Numbered from the stretch's first letter, positions 1 through 10,893 are shown. The stretch is 64,000 bases of DNA from Candidatus Oxydemutator sp. (GCA_965203445.1 OZ241883.1:704001-768000); one strand, 5' to 3'. Notes: generated by a model from the letters alone, not told the origin. Made by a program: numbers and translations.

Positions 1-3000
1 CGACTCCCCGTCCCTGGTCATCGTCAGATTGCTGATGACGTGGCCGTTGCCTTCAAAAACGGCGCTGTAATAATCCGCATCCCTCAACCGGGAGTCAAAA
101 TCGCCGCCGCCGCCCAGCGGCGTCCAGTCCGGGATGCCGGACAAGTCCAGGTCGGCCGATAACTCGTAGCCGGTGCACGTACTGGGGCAGGTCTGCACCT
201 CACCGAAAAGGGGAAACGCCGCAAAATAAGCGGCCCTGTTGGCACTGCTCACGCCCGCTATCCCGGCACCGCCCAGGTCGTGGCCGATCGCCGCCAACTG
301 CGACGTCGTCGCCACCTCTATCAAACCGTCGTCGTCGACGTCGTAGTCCATCTCGTAGCTCGCCTCGACGGTGGTCCTGACCGGAGCCAGCACGCCCAAA
401 CCCACGTGCTTTAACGTCCCCGTGAGCCTTGCGCCCGTCAACGAGATCACCAGAACCTCGGAAAACTCGGGCACGTCGTCATCGAGCACTGTCACCGAAA
501 ACGACGCGCTGACGGCGCCCGGGCCGATGACCACGGTGCCGCTTCTCGGGTACACAAAGCCGCCGCGCACGGCCCAATCCCAACGCGCGCTCGCCCCCGC
601 CGGCAAGACTATCGGCAAGCGCACCACGTAACGCGCGACCTCGCCTTCCGACACCGTCACGCTGCCGGTGAACGTCGCCGCAAGAGTTACCCGCGGCTGC
701 GCCTCCAGCTGCGATACGCGACGCGCCTGCCTGGTGTCGGTAGCACCGCCGAACACCAGCACCGGGTAATCAAGGACGCTGCCGAAGTCCCACGGCGCGT
801 CGTCGTTGTAGTCGCGGTCGCCACCCTGATCCACGCCGTCCACGTTCAACTGGTCCCAACCCGCGTAGATGGTGCCCGCGGCGGCGGTGGGCGCGCGCAA
901 CTGGCTCGACGTCTTCGAGGTGTCGTCCGGACTCGGCGGATTCGACCCGCAGCAACGGCTCTGACCGCTGCGCCCGCCGTCAAAATAACTCGACTCCAGC
1001 GCGGCACCGACTATCCTGTCCCCTATCAAGCCGCCGACCAAGTCGGTGCCCGTCGTTGCCCCGATGGAGTAACTGGCGCTCACTACCGACGCGCCACCGC
1101 TTGCGCCCACCAGACCGCCCACGGTACCCAATCCATGCACTTCCACGTCGGCGTAACTCGCCACCACTCTGCCGAAATGAGACCCTATCAAGCCGCCCAC
1201 CGAAAACGCGCCGGATACGCGACCGCCACTGACGTAACTCGCCGCCACTTTGCCCCGGTTGGAACCCACCAGCGCGCCTATATAAGTACCGTTATTACCC
1301 ACGCTCACCCGCGCGTTGCGCAAACCCACGTTGCGGATCACGCCGACGTCGCTGACGACGCCGAACAAACCCATGCTGTACCACGGGCGATCATTCCTGG
1401 TTATCGTCAGATCGCTGATAACGCGGCCGTTGCCCTCAAAAACGGCGCTGTAAGGATTCCTCAAACGGTGCGTGAGCGTGGTGGCCTCTCCGCCTATCGG
1501 CGTCCAGTTCGAGCCGGACAGATTCAGGTCGGCCGATAGCTCGTAGCCGGTGCACGTTCTCGGACAGGTCCGCGCCTTGTCGAAAAGGGGAAACGCCGCC
1601 AGATAATCATCCCTGTTCGCATCGCCCACGACGCCCGCCAGCCCGGCGCCGCCCAGGTCGTGGCGAATCGCCGCCAACTGCGACGTCGTCGCCACCTCTA
1701 TCAAGGTGTCGCCGTCGAGGTCGTAGCCGGTGCCGTCGCTGAACTCGATGGTGGTCATCACGGAAACCACGCCTGAAGTCACGTACGCGGGCGCCCCCGT
1801 GAGCCTCGCGCCCGTCAACGTCACCACCAGAACCTCGGGCGACTCGAGCACCGCGTCATCGAAGACCCTGACCGAAAACGACGCGCTGACGGCGCCCGAG
1901 GCGATGACCACGCTGCCCGCGGTGGTGCCGACAAAATCGTCGGCGCCGACGTCGCCGCCACCCACCACCCAACTCCAACTCGTGGCTACCCCCGTCGGCA
2001 AGGCTATCGGAAAACTCACCACGTAACTCGCTACCTCGCCTTCCGACACCGTCTCGCTGCCGGCGAGCGTCGGCGTAAGAATTATCCTCTGCGCCTGCCG
2101 CTGCGACGTGCGACGCGCCTGCACCGTCTCGGTAGAGCCGCCGAACACCAGCACCGGGTAATCAAACGCGCCGCCGAAATCCCACGGCGCGTCGTCGTAC
2201 AGGTCGCCGTCGTCTCCCCGATCCACGTCGTCCACGTTCAACTGGTTCCAACCCTCGTAGATGGTGCCCGCCGCGGTAGTCGGAAAAAACAACTCGACCG
2301 ACGCCTTCGAGGCGTCGTCCGGAGTCGGCGGATTCGACCCGCAGCAACGGTTCTGACCGCTGCGCTCCCGGTCAAAATAACTGGACTCCACGACGGCGCC
2401 GACTACCCTGTTCCCTATCAAACCGCCGACCGTGTCCCTCCCCGTCGTTGCCCCGACCGAGTAACTGGCGCTCACCACCGACGCGCCAGCGGCTTCGCCT
2501 ACCAGACCGCCCACGTTACTTTCCTCTGCATGCACTTCCACGTCGGCGTAACTCGCCACCAACCTGCCGCGATGATCCCCTATCAGGCCGCCCACCGCGG
2601 AGGCGCCGGATATGCGACCGCCACTGACGTAACTCGCCGCCACCTGGCCGTCGTTGCGGCCCACCAGCGCTCCCATTTGCCCGCTGTCACCACCCAGGTT
2701 CACCCGCGCGTTGCGCAAGCCCACGTTGCGGATGGTGCCGACGGCGCTCACGGCGCCGAACAAACCCACGTGATACCGCCGCCCGCCCCCGGTCACCCGC
2801 AAATTGCTGATGACGTGGCCGTTGCCTTCAAAAACGGCGGTGTAATAGTCCACCGGATCTTCGACCTGCGAACCTCCGCCTAACGGCGTCCAGTCCGGGA
2901 TGCCGGACAGATCCAGGTCGGCCGATAGCTCATAGCCGGTGCACGTGCCGGGACAAGTCTGCTCCACGTCGAAAAAGGGAAACGCCGCAAAATAATCGGG

Positions 3001-5860
3001 CCTGTTCGCGTCGCTCACGCCCGCCATCCCGACACCGCCCAGGTCGTAGCGGATCGCCGCCAACTGCGACGTCGTCGCCACCTCTATCAAGGTGTCGCCA
3101 TCGTCGTCGTAGTCTATCTTGTCGCTCGCCTCGACGGTGGTCCTGACCGGAAACGGCACGCCCAGACCCACGTGCGCGGGCGCCCCCGTGAGCCTCGCGC
3201 CCGTCAACGCAACCACCAGGATCCCGGACAAATCGGGGACCTCGTCATCGAGCACTACCAACGAAAACGACGCGCTGACGGCGCCGGGCGCGATGACCAC
3301 GCTGCCGCTGCTCGGCTCCACCAAGTCGCCGCGCGCGGCCCAATTCCAACGCGCGCTCACCCCCGCCGGCAAGGCCTCCGGCAAACTCACCACGTAACTC
3401 GCGGTGTCGCCTTCCGACACCGTTTCGCTGCCGACGAACGTCGGCACAAGAATGACCCCCTGCGCCTGCTGCTGCGACGTGCGACGCGTCGCCCTCACGT
3501 CGGTAGCGCCGCCGAATACCAATACCGGGTAATCAAACGCGCTGCCGAAATCCCACGGCGCGTCGTCGTTGAAATCGCCGTCGCCGTGCTGATCAACGTC
3601 GTCCACGTTCAACTTGTCCCAACCCTCGTAGATGGTGCCCGTCGCGGTGGTCGGGGCGCGCAACTCGCTCGATGTCTTCGAGGTGTTGTCCGGACTCGGC
3701 ACGTTCGTTGCGCAGCAATCACTCTGGCCGCTGCGCTCGCTGTCAAAATAACTGGACTCCACCACGGCGCCGACGTCCTTAGTCCCTAGCAAGCCGCCGA
3801 TCACCCCCCCCGTCAGTCTGCCGACGGAGTAGCTGGCGCTCACCACCGACGCGCCGCCGGCTTCACCGACCAGGCCGCCCGCGTTGCTTCGACGCACGTG
3901 CACTTCCACGTCGGCGTAACTCGCCACCACGCTGCCGAAATTACCCCCTATCAAGCCACCCACCGCAAATACGCCGGATATGCGACCACCACTGACGTAA
4001 CTCGCCGCCACCTTGCCCTCGTTGCGGCCCACCAGCGCACCTGTAAACTCGCTGTCACTACCCAGGTTCACCCGCGCGTTACGCAAGCCCACGTTGCGGA
4101 TGATGCCGCCGGCGCCGACGGCGCCGAACAAACCCACGTGGTACCACGACCCACCCCTGGCCACCCGCAGATTGCTGACGACGTGGCCGTTGCCTTCAAA
4201 AACGGCGGTATAAGTATCCACCGGAGCTTCGACCTGCGAGCCGCCGCCCAGCGGCTTCCAGTCCGGGATGTCGGACAGATCCAGATCATTAGACAGCTCG
4301 TAGCCGGTGCACGTGCTGGGACAGGTCTGCTTGTCGTCGAAAAAGGGAAACGCCGCCAGATAAGCGGCCCTGTCGGCACTGCTCACGCCCGCTATCCCGA
4401 CGCCGCCCAGGTCGTGGCCGATCGCGGCCAACTGCGACGTCGTCGCCACGTCTATCAAGTTGTCGTCATCAAAGTCGTAGTCTATCTCGTCGCTCGCCTC
4501 GACGGTGGTCATCACCGGAGCCGGCACGCCCAAACCCACGTGCGCGGGCGTCCCCGTGAGCCTCGCGCCCGTCAGCGAGACCACCAGGACCTCGGACAAC
4601 TCGGGCACGTCGTCATCTAGCACCGTCACCGAAAACGACGCGCTGACGGCGCCCGAGGCGATGACCACGTTGCCGCCGCTCGGGTTCACCGAGCCGCTTA
4701 CGGCCCAATCCCAACGCGCGCTCACTCCCGCCGGCAAGGCCAGAGGCAAACGCACCACGTAACTCGCAGTGTCGCCTTCCGACACCGTCGCGCTACCGGT
4801 GAGCACCGGCACAAAACTTACCCCCTGCGCCTGCTGCTGCGACGTGCGACGTGCCGCCTGCGTGTCGGTAGCGCCGCCGAACACCAACACCGGATAATCA
4901 AACACGCTGCCGAAATCCCACGGCGCGTCGTCGTTGTAGTCGCCGTCGTCTCCCTGATCCACGTCGTCCACGTTCAACCTGTCCCAACCGGCGTAGATCG
5001 TGCCCGTCGCCGTCGTCGGGACGCGCAACTCGCTCGACGTCTTCGAGGTGTTGTCCGGACTCGGCACGTTCGATCCGCAGCAGTCACTCTGGCCGCTGCG
5101 CTCGGCGTCAAAATAACTGGACTCCACCACGGCGCCGACTCTCCTGTTCCCTATCAAGCCGCCGACTATGCCGCTCCCCGTCGTTGCCCCGACCGAGTAA
5201 CTGGCGCTGACCACCGACGCGCCACCGGCTTCGCCCACCAGACCGCCCGCGTTGGCTCCCTCTGCATGCACCTCCACGTCGGCGTAACTCGCCACCAACC
5301 CGCCGTAATGACCCCCTACCAGACCGCCCACCGCCCATACGCCGGATATGCGACCGCCACTGACGTAACTCGCCGCCACCCGGCCTTCGTTGCGGCCCAC
5401 CAGCGCTCCTATATAAGTGCTATGAGCACCCAGGGACACCCGCGCGTTGCGCAAGCCCACGTTGCGGATCACGCCGACGGCGCTCACGGCGCCGAACAAG
5501 CCCGCGTGAGACAGCTGCTCATCGCTGATCATCCGCAGATTGCTGACGACGTGGCCGTTGCCTTCAAAAACGGCGGTGTAGTAATCCTCCTCCAGAAGGG
5601 TTTCGACCCCCCCGCCCAGCGGCGTCCAGCTCAAGCCGGACAAGTCCAGGTCGGCCGACAACTCGTAGCCGGTACACGTGCTGGGGCAGGTCTGCTTTTC
5701 ATCGAAAAGGGGAAACGCCGCAAAATAATCATCCTCGTTCGCATCGCTCACGCCCGCTATTCCGGCACCGCCCAGGTCGTGGCGGATCGCCGCCAACTGC
5801 GACGTCGTCGCCACCTCTATCAAGTTGTCGCCGTCGGCGTCGTAGTCTATCTCGTCGCTG
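1..5860 (-). repeat. Intragenic tandem repeats, ~1.38 kb unit, >=5 copies (last truncated by window edge)
   Basis: Recurring gccgttgccttcaaaaac, caactgcgacgtcgtcgcca and cccacggcgcgtcgtcg blocks. DYD-x-D-x-D-LIEVATTSQL starts near 5845, 4480, 3110, 1725 and 345. Confidence 0.9.
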
Positions 5861-8800
5861 AGCTCGATCTCCGTTGCCACCGCCCGGTGCCCGCCAAAAA
5901 TTATTCGGCCCCCAAAATCCGCCACGCTCGCGGTCACCTCGAATGATTCCGCATACTCCGGCTCTGCATCATCAAACACGTGAACCGAAAACGTCGTCCT
6001 GCTGCTGCCGGTCATGATAATCGCGGTGCCCGTTGGAAAATCCGACAGTGCCGTGGCCGCTTCGCCGGCGCTCCCGAAATCCCGCGCCTCGGCACCGTTC
6101 AACGGCGCCGGCGCAACGACCCAGCTCACCGTCACCGGATAGGGCACCTCCACGGACGCGGCCACCTGATACTCGACCGTATCGCCCTCCGCCGCCGACG
6201 CGGCCCCCGTCAAGGCCAGCGTTATCCCAAATTGCGACGAACGCTGCCTGGCAACGTCGCTGCCGCGCAACACCGGATAGTCGAAAGACGTGCCGAAGTC
6301 CCACGGATCGTCTTTGCCGTCCACGCCGGTGCCGACGTCGCCGTCCACGTCCACGTTCCAACCGGCGTAGATGCCGGTGTAGTCCGTCGGCGTCTGCAAT
6401 GCCCCGGTATCCATGCCGTCGCCAAGAGCGCTTGTACTCTGCCCGCTGAAAAACGTGTCCCAATAAACGTTCTCGACGCTGCTGAGAGCGTCCGCGTGTT
6501 CCCCGACCAGACCGCCGACGTCGCCGACCCCCGCGACCCTGCCCGCCGCGTAAGCGGCGACCAGCTGCCTGGCGTGGCCGCCGCCGGAAACCCCCGCCAG
6601 ACCGCCGACGCCACGCGTGCCGCTGACGGCGACCGACGCATACACCGCGATTACGTCGTCGCTTATCATTCCGGCCAGACCGCCGACCGCTTCCTCGCCG
6701 GAAACCGAACCGCCCGACGCATAGACCGTCGCCACCACCGTGCCGCTGCCGGCCCAACCCGCCACCGAACCGACCCGATTGCCGCCGGTAACGTCCACGC
6801 CGATCAAGCCGAGATTCTGAAACCCGCGCTCTACGACACCCCCGGCGCCTATGCGCGCGAACAGACCGACGTGATCCGAACCGGGGCGGTTGATGAACAG
6901 TCCCGAAACAACGTGGCCGCGGCCGTCGAAATCGCCGGCGTAGCCGGCGTCGCCGTCGCCGATGGGCGGCCAGCCAAAACCGCCGCGGGCGCGACCGAAG
7001 CGCGACGCGCCCAGATCAACGTCGCCGCGCAACGCGTAACCGGTGCAGGTCGAGGCGCAGCCCATGTCCGGCAACGCGTTCGGGAAGGCATTGGTATACG
7101 AGGACGCGTACGCCGGCCGATCGGGCACGCCGTCGCCGTCCAGATCCCAGCGTATCGCGTGCAACTGCGCGGCCGTGCGCACGTCTATCAGGTCGTCTTC
7201 GTCGTCGTCGTAGTCTCTGTGTTGCGCCGACGTCACCGAGGCGGTCGCGGGAAAGACCACCACGGCCGTGGCCGTCGTCGCCGTGAGCGACAGCGTGAAC
7301 CCGAGATCATCGAGCGGCGTAACCTCGAGGCAGTGGCGCGCGTCGTCGTCGCTGAACGGCCCCAGTTCGCGCACCGACAGCGCCGCCCTCGGCAGCGGCG
7401 GCGCGCCGGCGGCCGCCGCCTCCTCCTCGGCCACGCCCACCGTCAGGGTCAGCGGCCGCGTCGTCATCAGCGGAAGCGTGGCCGCGACGCACACCTCGCC
7501 CGGGAGGCCCCCGCGCATCGGGTAATCGTCGCGCTCGAAGCCGACCGTGGCCGCGTCGTCGTCCACTATGATCGTCTGCGTCGAGGCGCCGCCGTAGTCG
7601 AAGTCGGGCAGCAACGTGTAGAAAGGCGCGCCCGGGGCGGTCGGCGCCGTCGGCGTGGTTACCGACAGCAGCCGCGCAAAGATGGTCTCGTCCGGCTCGT
7701 TGCGATTGTCGTCGCAGACGATGAGGACGCCGATTGCGCCCAGGCCGGGTGAAACTCGCGTCGCGGTGCCGCGACGCGCGACGGGATCGTATCCCTCCGG
7801 CCACCGGTAATCGGCCGCACCGGAGCAGGAAGATCCGCCCTGCGCCGTTCCCCCGAGGGTATAGGTGAAGCGTGCGCCCGCTACCGACAGAGGTCTCGGA
7901 AGATAACCATTGCTGTCGAGGATATAGGGGAATTTATTCAGCTGTAGCCGGTGCGCTCGAAAGTTCGGGACGATACTTTCGCTCTCCGACTCATCCGTAG
8001 CTCCCATGTTTCCGGTGATCAGAGGCGGCACGTAGAGGGCTACACCGTTGACGAAGTACGACGCGGTCGCCGACGAGGGCGTGCCGATCAGCACGTTCGC
8101 GCTTGCCGGGCTCAGACGCAGCCGTACCCCGCTCCTCGTAGTGCTATCCCGCGTAATCTCGGCATTTAGGCGGATAAAAAACTCCGCCGTCGTCTGCCCG
8201 GGCGGGATGGTCACGCTGTAGCGTTGCGGCAACGCGGGCGGGTCGCCGTCCACGGATGAGGGCGGGCGGTCGCCCGCCACCGCGCCGCCTTCCCGGTCGA
8301 GAACGCGCACGCTCCCTCCTCCGAACGACAATGCGTCGTAAAACACCGTCGTCTCCGCGAACGCGGGGCGGTTCAGCGTGACCGTGAAATAGATCGGCCG
8401 AAGTATATCCAGCGCGTTCAGCTCCGAGCGCGCCGGGCGCGTCGGCCCGGTGATCGTAACCGTCGGCAGCCCGCCCGGCAGCTGCGCCTCGAGCTGGCGC
8501 GCGACGTCGTGGCCGCCGCTCTTCAGCACCGGATACCGGCCGTCGGCGCCGAAGTCCCACGGATCGTCCTTGCCGTCCACGCCGGTGCCGACGTCGCCGT
8601 CCACGTCCACGTTCCAACCGGCGTAGATGCCGGTGTAGTCCGTCGGCGTCTGCAACGCCCCGGTATCCATGCCGTCGCCAAGAGCGCTTGTACTCTGCCC
8701 GCTGAAAAACGTGTCCCAATAAACGTTCTCGACGCTGCTGAGAGCGTCCGCGTGTTCCCCGACCAGACCGCCGACGTCGCCGACCCCCGCGACCCTGCCC

Positions 8801-10878
8801 GCCGCGTAAGCGGCGACCAGCTGCCTGGCGTGGCCGCCGCCGGAAACCCCCGCCAGACCACCGACGCCACGCGTGCCGCTGACGGCGACCGACGCATACA
8901 CCGCGATTACGTCGTCGCTTATCATTCCGGCCAGACCGCCGACCGCTTCCTCGCCGGAAACCGAACCGCCCGACGCATAGACCGTCGCCACCACCGTGCC
9001 GCTGCCGGCCCAACCCGCCACCGAACCGACCCGATTGCCGCCGGTAACGTCCACGTTGATCAAGCCGAGATTCCGAAACCCGCGCTCTACGACACCCCCG
9101 GCGCCTAGGCGCGCGAACAGACCGACGTGATCCGAACCGGGGCGGTTGATGAACAGTCCCGAAACAACGTGGCCGCGGCCGTCGAAATCGCCGGCGTAGC
9201 CGGCGTCGCCGTCGCCGATGGGCGGCCAGCCAAAACCGCCGCGGGCGCGACCGAAGCGCGACGCGCCCAGATCAACGTCGCCGCGCAACGCGTAACCGGT
9301 GCAGGTCGAGGCGCAGCCCATGCCCGGCAACGCGTTCGAGAAGGCGTCGGTGTACGAGGACGCGTACGCCGGCCGATCGGGCACACCGTCGCCGTCCAGA
9401 TCCCAGCGTATCGCGTGCAACTGCGCGACCGTGCGCACGTCTATCAGGTCGTCTTCGTCGTCGTCGTAGTCCCTGGGTTGCGCCGACGTCACCGAGGCGG
9501 TCGCCGGGGAGACCACCACCGCCGTCGCCGTCATCGCCGCGAGCGACAGCGTGAATCCCAGCTCATCGAGCGGCGTAACCTCGAGGCAGTGGCGCGCGTC
9601 GTCGTCGCTGAACGGCCCCAGTTCGCGCACCGACAGCGCCGCCCTCGGCAGCGGCGGCGCGCCGACGGCGGCCGCCTCCTCCTCCTCGGCCACGCCCACC
9701 GTCAGGGTCAGCGGCCGCGTCGTCATCAGCGGAGGCGCGGCCACGACGCACACCTCGCCCGTGGCCCCTTGCCGTATCAGGTAGCCGTCGCGCTCGAAGC
9801 CGACCGTGGCCGCGTCGTCGTCCACTATGATCGTCTGCGTCGAGGCGTCGCTGTAGTCGAAGTCGGGCAGCAACGTGTAGAAAGGCGCGCCCGGGGCGGT
9901 CGGCGCCGTCGGCGTGGTTACCGACAGCAGCCGCGCAAAGATGGTCTCGTCCGGCTCGTTGCGATTGTCGTCGCAGACGATGAGGGCGCCGATTGCGCCC
10001 AGGCCGGGTGAAACTCCCGTCGCGGTGCCGCGACGCGCGACGGGGTCGTATCCCTCCGGCCACCGGTAATCGGCCGCGCCGGAGCAGGAAGACCCGCCCT
10101 GCGCCGTTCCCCCGAGGGTATAGGTAAAGCGTGCGCCCACCAGGAGGGGTCTCGGCAAATAGCTGATAAAGTCGAGGACATAGGGCACTTTATTCTCATG
10201 TACACGAAGCGCTCGAAAGCTCGGGGCGATACTTGCGCTCTCCGACTCATCCGTCGCTCTCACGATTCCGGTGATCAGAGGCGGCACGTAGTGGGCTATA
10301 CCGTTGACGAAGTACGACACCGTCGCCGACGACGGCGTGCCGATCAACACGTTCGCGCTTGCCGGGCTCAGACGCAGCCGTACCGTGGTCCTGGTAGTGC
10401 CGTCCAACGCGACCCGGGCCAGGCGGATAAAAAACTCCGCCGTCGTCCGCCCGGGCGGGATGGTCACGCTGTAGCGTCGCGGCAACGCGGGCAGGTCCTC
10501 GACCTCGGGTAAGACGGGGCGGTCGCCCGCCACCGCGCCTTCCCGGTCGAGAACGCTGACCCTTCCTCCTCCGAGCGACAACGCGTCGTAAAACACCGTC
10601 GTCTCCACGGGCACCGGGCGCTCCAGCGTAACCGTGAAATAGATCGGCCGAAGTATATCCAGCGCGTTCAGCTCCGAGCGCGCCGGCCGCGTGGGCCCGG
10701 TGATCACGACCGTCGGCGGCCGCAGCGTCGCCTGCGCCTCGAACTGGCGCGCGGCGTAGCTTCCGGTGGTGGTGGACGCGTGGAACGGAGCGGCGTCCGT
10801 TGCCTCCCCGTCAGCGGGCAGCGGTGCTACGCTAACGACGATGAACAACCCCAATGACGATAACCGCCGAGCATTCAT
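1..10878 (-). CDS. Giant secreted repeat protein (adhesin-like, GLUG-like + Calx-beta modules), >3626 aa, 3' end runs off window
   Basis: ATG at 10878 gives MNARRLSSLGLFIVVSVAPLPA (signal-peptide-like, similar to the neighbour's N-terminus). The same frame reads ...YYSAVFEGNGHVISNLTMTRDGES at position 1. Absent from the ORF track, consistent with no stop inside the window. Spot-checked frame at 7861-7980 and 10141-10240 is open. Two ~750-aa modules, then at least 5 ~460-aa modules. Confidence 0.85.
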   Translation of the reverse strand, partial: MNARRLSSLGLFIVVSVAPLPADGEATDAAPFHASTTTGSYAARQFEAQATLRPPTVVITGPTRPARSELNALDILRPIYFTVTLERPVPVETTVFYDALSLGGGRVSVLDREGAVAGDRPVLPEVEDLPALPRRYSVTIPPGRTTAEFFIRLARVALDGTTRTTVRLRLSPASANVLIGTPSSATVSYFVNGIAHYVPPLITGIVRATDESESASIAPSFRALRVHENKVPYVLDFISYLPRPLLVGARFTYTLGGTAQGGSSCSGAADYRWPEGYDPVARRGTATGVSPGLGAIGALIVCDDNRNEPDETIFARLLSVTTPTAPTAPGAPFYTLLPDFDYSDASTQTIIVDDDAATVGFERDGYLIRQGATGEVCVVAAPPLMTTRPLTLTVGVAEEEEAAAVGAPPLPRAALSVRELGPFSDDDARHCLEVTPLDELGFTLSLAAMTATAVVVSPATASVTSAQPRDYDDDEDDLIDVRTVAQLHAIRWDLDGDGVPDRPAYASSYTDAFSNALPGMGCASTCTGYALRGDVDLGASRFGRARGGFGWPPIGDGDAGYAGDFDGRGHVVSGLFINRPGSDHVGLFARLGAGGVVERGFRNLGLINVDVTGGNRVGSVAGWAGSGTVVATVYASGGSVSGEEAVGGLAGMISDDVIAVYASVAVSGTRGVGGLAGVSGGGHARQLVAAYAAGRVAGVGDVGGLVGEHADALSSVENVYWDTFFSGQSTSALGDGMDTGALQTPTDYTGIYAGWNVDVDGDVGTGVDGKDDPWDFGADGRYPVLKSGGHDVARQLEAQLPGGLPTVTITGPTRPARSELNALDILRPIYFTVTLNRPAFAETTVFYDALSFGGGSVRVLDREGGAVAGDRPPSSVDGDPPALPQRYSVTIPPGQTTAEFFIRLNAEITRDSTTRSGVRLRLSPASANVLIGTPSSATASYFVNGVALYVPPLITGNMGATDESESESIVPNFRAHRLQLNKFPYILDSNGYLPRPLSVAGARFTYTLGGTAQGGSSCSGAADYRWPEGYDPVARRGTATRVSPGLGAIGVLIVCDDNRNEPDETIFARLLSVTTPTAPTAPGAPFYTLLPDFDYGGASTQTIIVDDDAATVGFERDDYPMRGGLPGEVCVAATLPLMTTRPLTLTVGVAEEEAAAAGAPPLPRAALSVRELGPFSDDDARHCLEVTPLDDLGFTLSLTATTATAVVVFPATASVTSAQHRDYDDDEDDLIDVRTAAQLHAIRWDLDGDGVPDRPAYASSYTNAFPNALPDMGCASTCTGYALRGDVDLGASRFGRARGGFGWPPIGDGDAGYAGDFDGRGHVVSGLFINRPGSDHVGLFARIGAGGVVERGFQNLGLIGVDVTGGNRVGSVAGWAGSGTVVATVYASGGSVSGEEAVGGLAGMISDDVIAVYASVAVSGTRGVGGLAGVSGGGHARQLVAAYAAGRVAGVGDVGGLVGEHADALSSVENVYWDTFFSGQSTSALGDGMDTGALQTPTDYTGIYAGWNVDVDGDVGTGVDGKDDPWDFGTSFDYPVLRGSDVARQRSSQFGITLALTGAASAAEGDTVEYQVAASVEVPYPVTVSWVVAPAPLNGAEARDFGSAGEAATALSDFPTGTAIIMTGSSRTTFSVHVFDDAEPEYAESFEVTASVADFGGRIIFGGHRAVATEIELSDEIDYDADGDNLIEVATTSQLAAIRHDLGGAGIAGVSDANEDDYFAAFPLFDEKQTCPSTCTGYELSADLDLSGLSWTPLGGGVETLLEEDYYTAVFEGNGHVVSNLRMISDEQLSHAGLFGAVSAVGVIRNVGLRNARVSLGAHSTYIGALVGRNEGRVAASYVSGGRISGVWAVGGLVGGHYGGLVASYADVEVHAEGANAGGLVGEAGGASVVSASYSVGATTGSGIVGGLIGNRRVGAVVESSYFDAERSGQSDCCGSNVPSPDNTSKTSSELRVPTTATGTIYAGWDRLNVDDVDQGDDGDYNDDAPWDFGSVFDYPVLVFGGATDTQAARRTSQQQAQGVSFVPVLTGSATVSEGDTASYVVRLPLALPAGVSARWDWAVSGSVNPSGGNVVIASGAVSASFSVTVLDDDVPELSEVLVVSLTGARLTGTPAHVGLGVPAPVMTTVEASDEIDYDFDDDNLIDVATTSQLAAIGHDLGGVGIAGVSSADRAAYLAAFPFFDDKQTCPSTCTGYELSNDLDLSDIPDWKPLGGGSQVEAPVDTYTAVFEGNGHVVSNLRVARGGSWYHVGLFGAVGAGGIIRNVGLRNARVNLGSDSEFTGALVGRNEGKVAASYVSGGRISGVFAVGGLIGGNFGSVVASYADVEVHVRRSNAGGLVGEAGGASVVSASYSVGRLTGGVIGGLLGTKDVGAVVESSYFDSERSGQSDCCATNVPSPDNTSKTSSELRAPTTATGTIYEGWDKLNVDDVDQHGDGDFNDDAPWDFGSAFDYPVLVFGGATDVRATRRTSQQQAQGVILVPTFVGSETVSEGDTASYVVSLPEALPAGVSARWNWAARGDLVEPSSGSVVIAPGAVSASFSLVVLDDEVPDLSGILVVALTGARLTGAPAHVGLGVPFPVRTTVEASDKIDYDDDGDTLIEVATTSQLAAIRYDLGGVGMAGVSDANRPDYFAAFPFFDVEQTCPGTCTGYELSADLDLSGIPDWTPLGGGSQVEDPVDYYTAVFEGNGHVISNLRVTGGGRRYHVGLFGAVSAVGTIRNVGLRNARVNLGGDSGQMGALVGRNDGQVAASYVSGGRISGASAVGGLIGDHRGRLVASYADVEVHAEESNVGGLVGEAAGASVVSASYSVGATTGRDTVGGLIGNRVVGAVVESSYFDRERSGQNRCCGSNPPTPDDASKASVELFFPTTAAGTIYEGWNQLNVDDVDRGDDGDLYDDAPWDFGGAFDYPVLVFGGSTETVQARRTSQRQAQRIILTPTLAGSETVSEGEVASYVVSFPIALPTGVATSWSWVVGGGDVGADDFVGTTAGSVVIASGAVSASFSVRVFDDAVLESPEVLVVTLTGARLTGAPAYVTSGVVSVMTTIEFSDGTGYDLDGDTLIEVATTSQLAAIRHDLGGAGLAGVVGDANRDDYLAAFPLFDKARTCPRTCTGYELSADLNLSGSNWTPIGGEATTLTHRLRNPYSAVFEGNGRVISDLTITRNDRPWYSMGLFGVVSDVGVIRNVGLRNARVSVGNNGTYIGALVGSNRGKVAASYVSGGRVSGAFSVGGLIGSHFGRVVASYADVEVHGLGTVGGLVGASGGASVVSASYSIGATTGTDLVGGLIGDRIVGAALESSYFDGGRSGQSRCCGSNPPSPDDTSKTSSQLRAPTAAAGTIYAGWDQLNVDGVDQGGDRDYNDDAPWDFGSVLDYPVLVFGGATDTRQARRVSQLEAQPRVTLAATFTGSVTVSEGEVARYVVRLPIVLPAGASARWDWAVRGGFVYPRSGTVVIGPGAVSASFSVTVLDDDVPEFSEVLVISLTGARLTGTLKHVGLGVLAPVRTTVEASYEMDYDVDDDGLIEVATTSQLAAIGHDLGGAGIAGVSSANRAAYFAAFPLFGEVQTCPSTCTGYELSADLDLSGIPDWTPLGGGGDFDSRLRDADYYSAVFEGNGHVISNLTMTRDGES
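6292..10760 (-). repeat. Two tandem near-identical ~2.25 kb intragenic copies (6292-~8505 and 8548-~10760)
   Basis: gccgaagtcccacggatcgtc at 6292 and 8548; gctctccgactcatccgt at 7981 and 10237 (offset 2256). The overlapping shadow ORFs are nearly identical. Confidence 0.9.
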
Positions 10879-10893
10879 GCTGTCGGCCACTGC

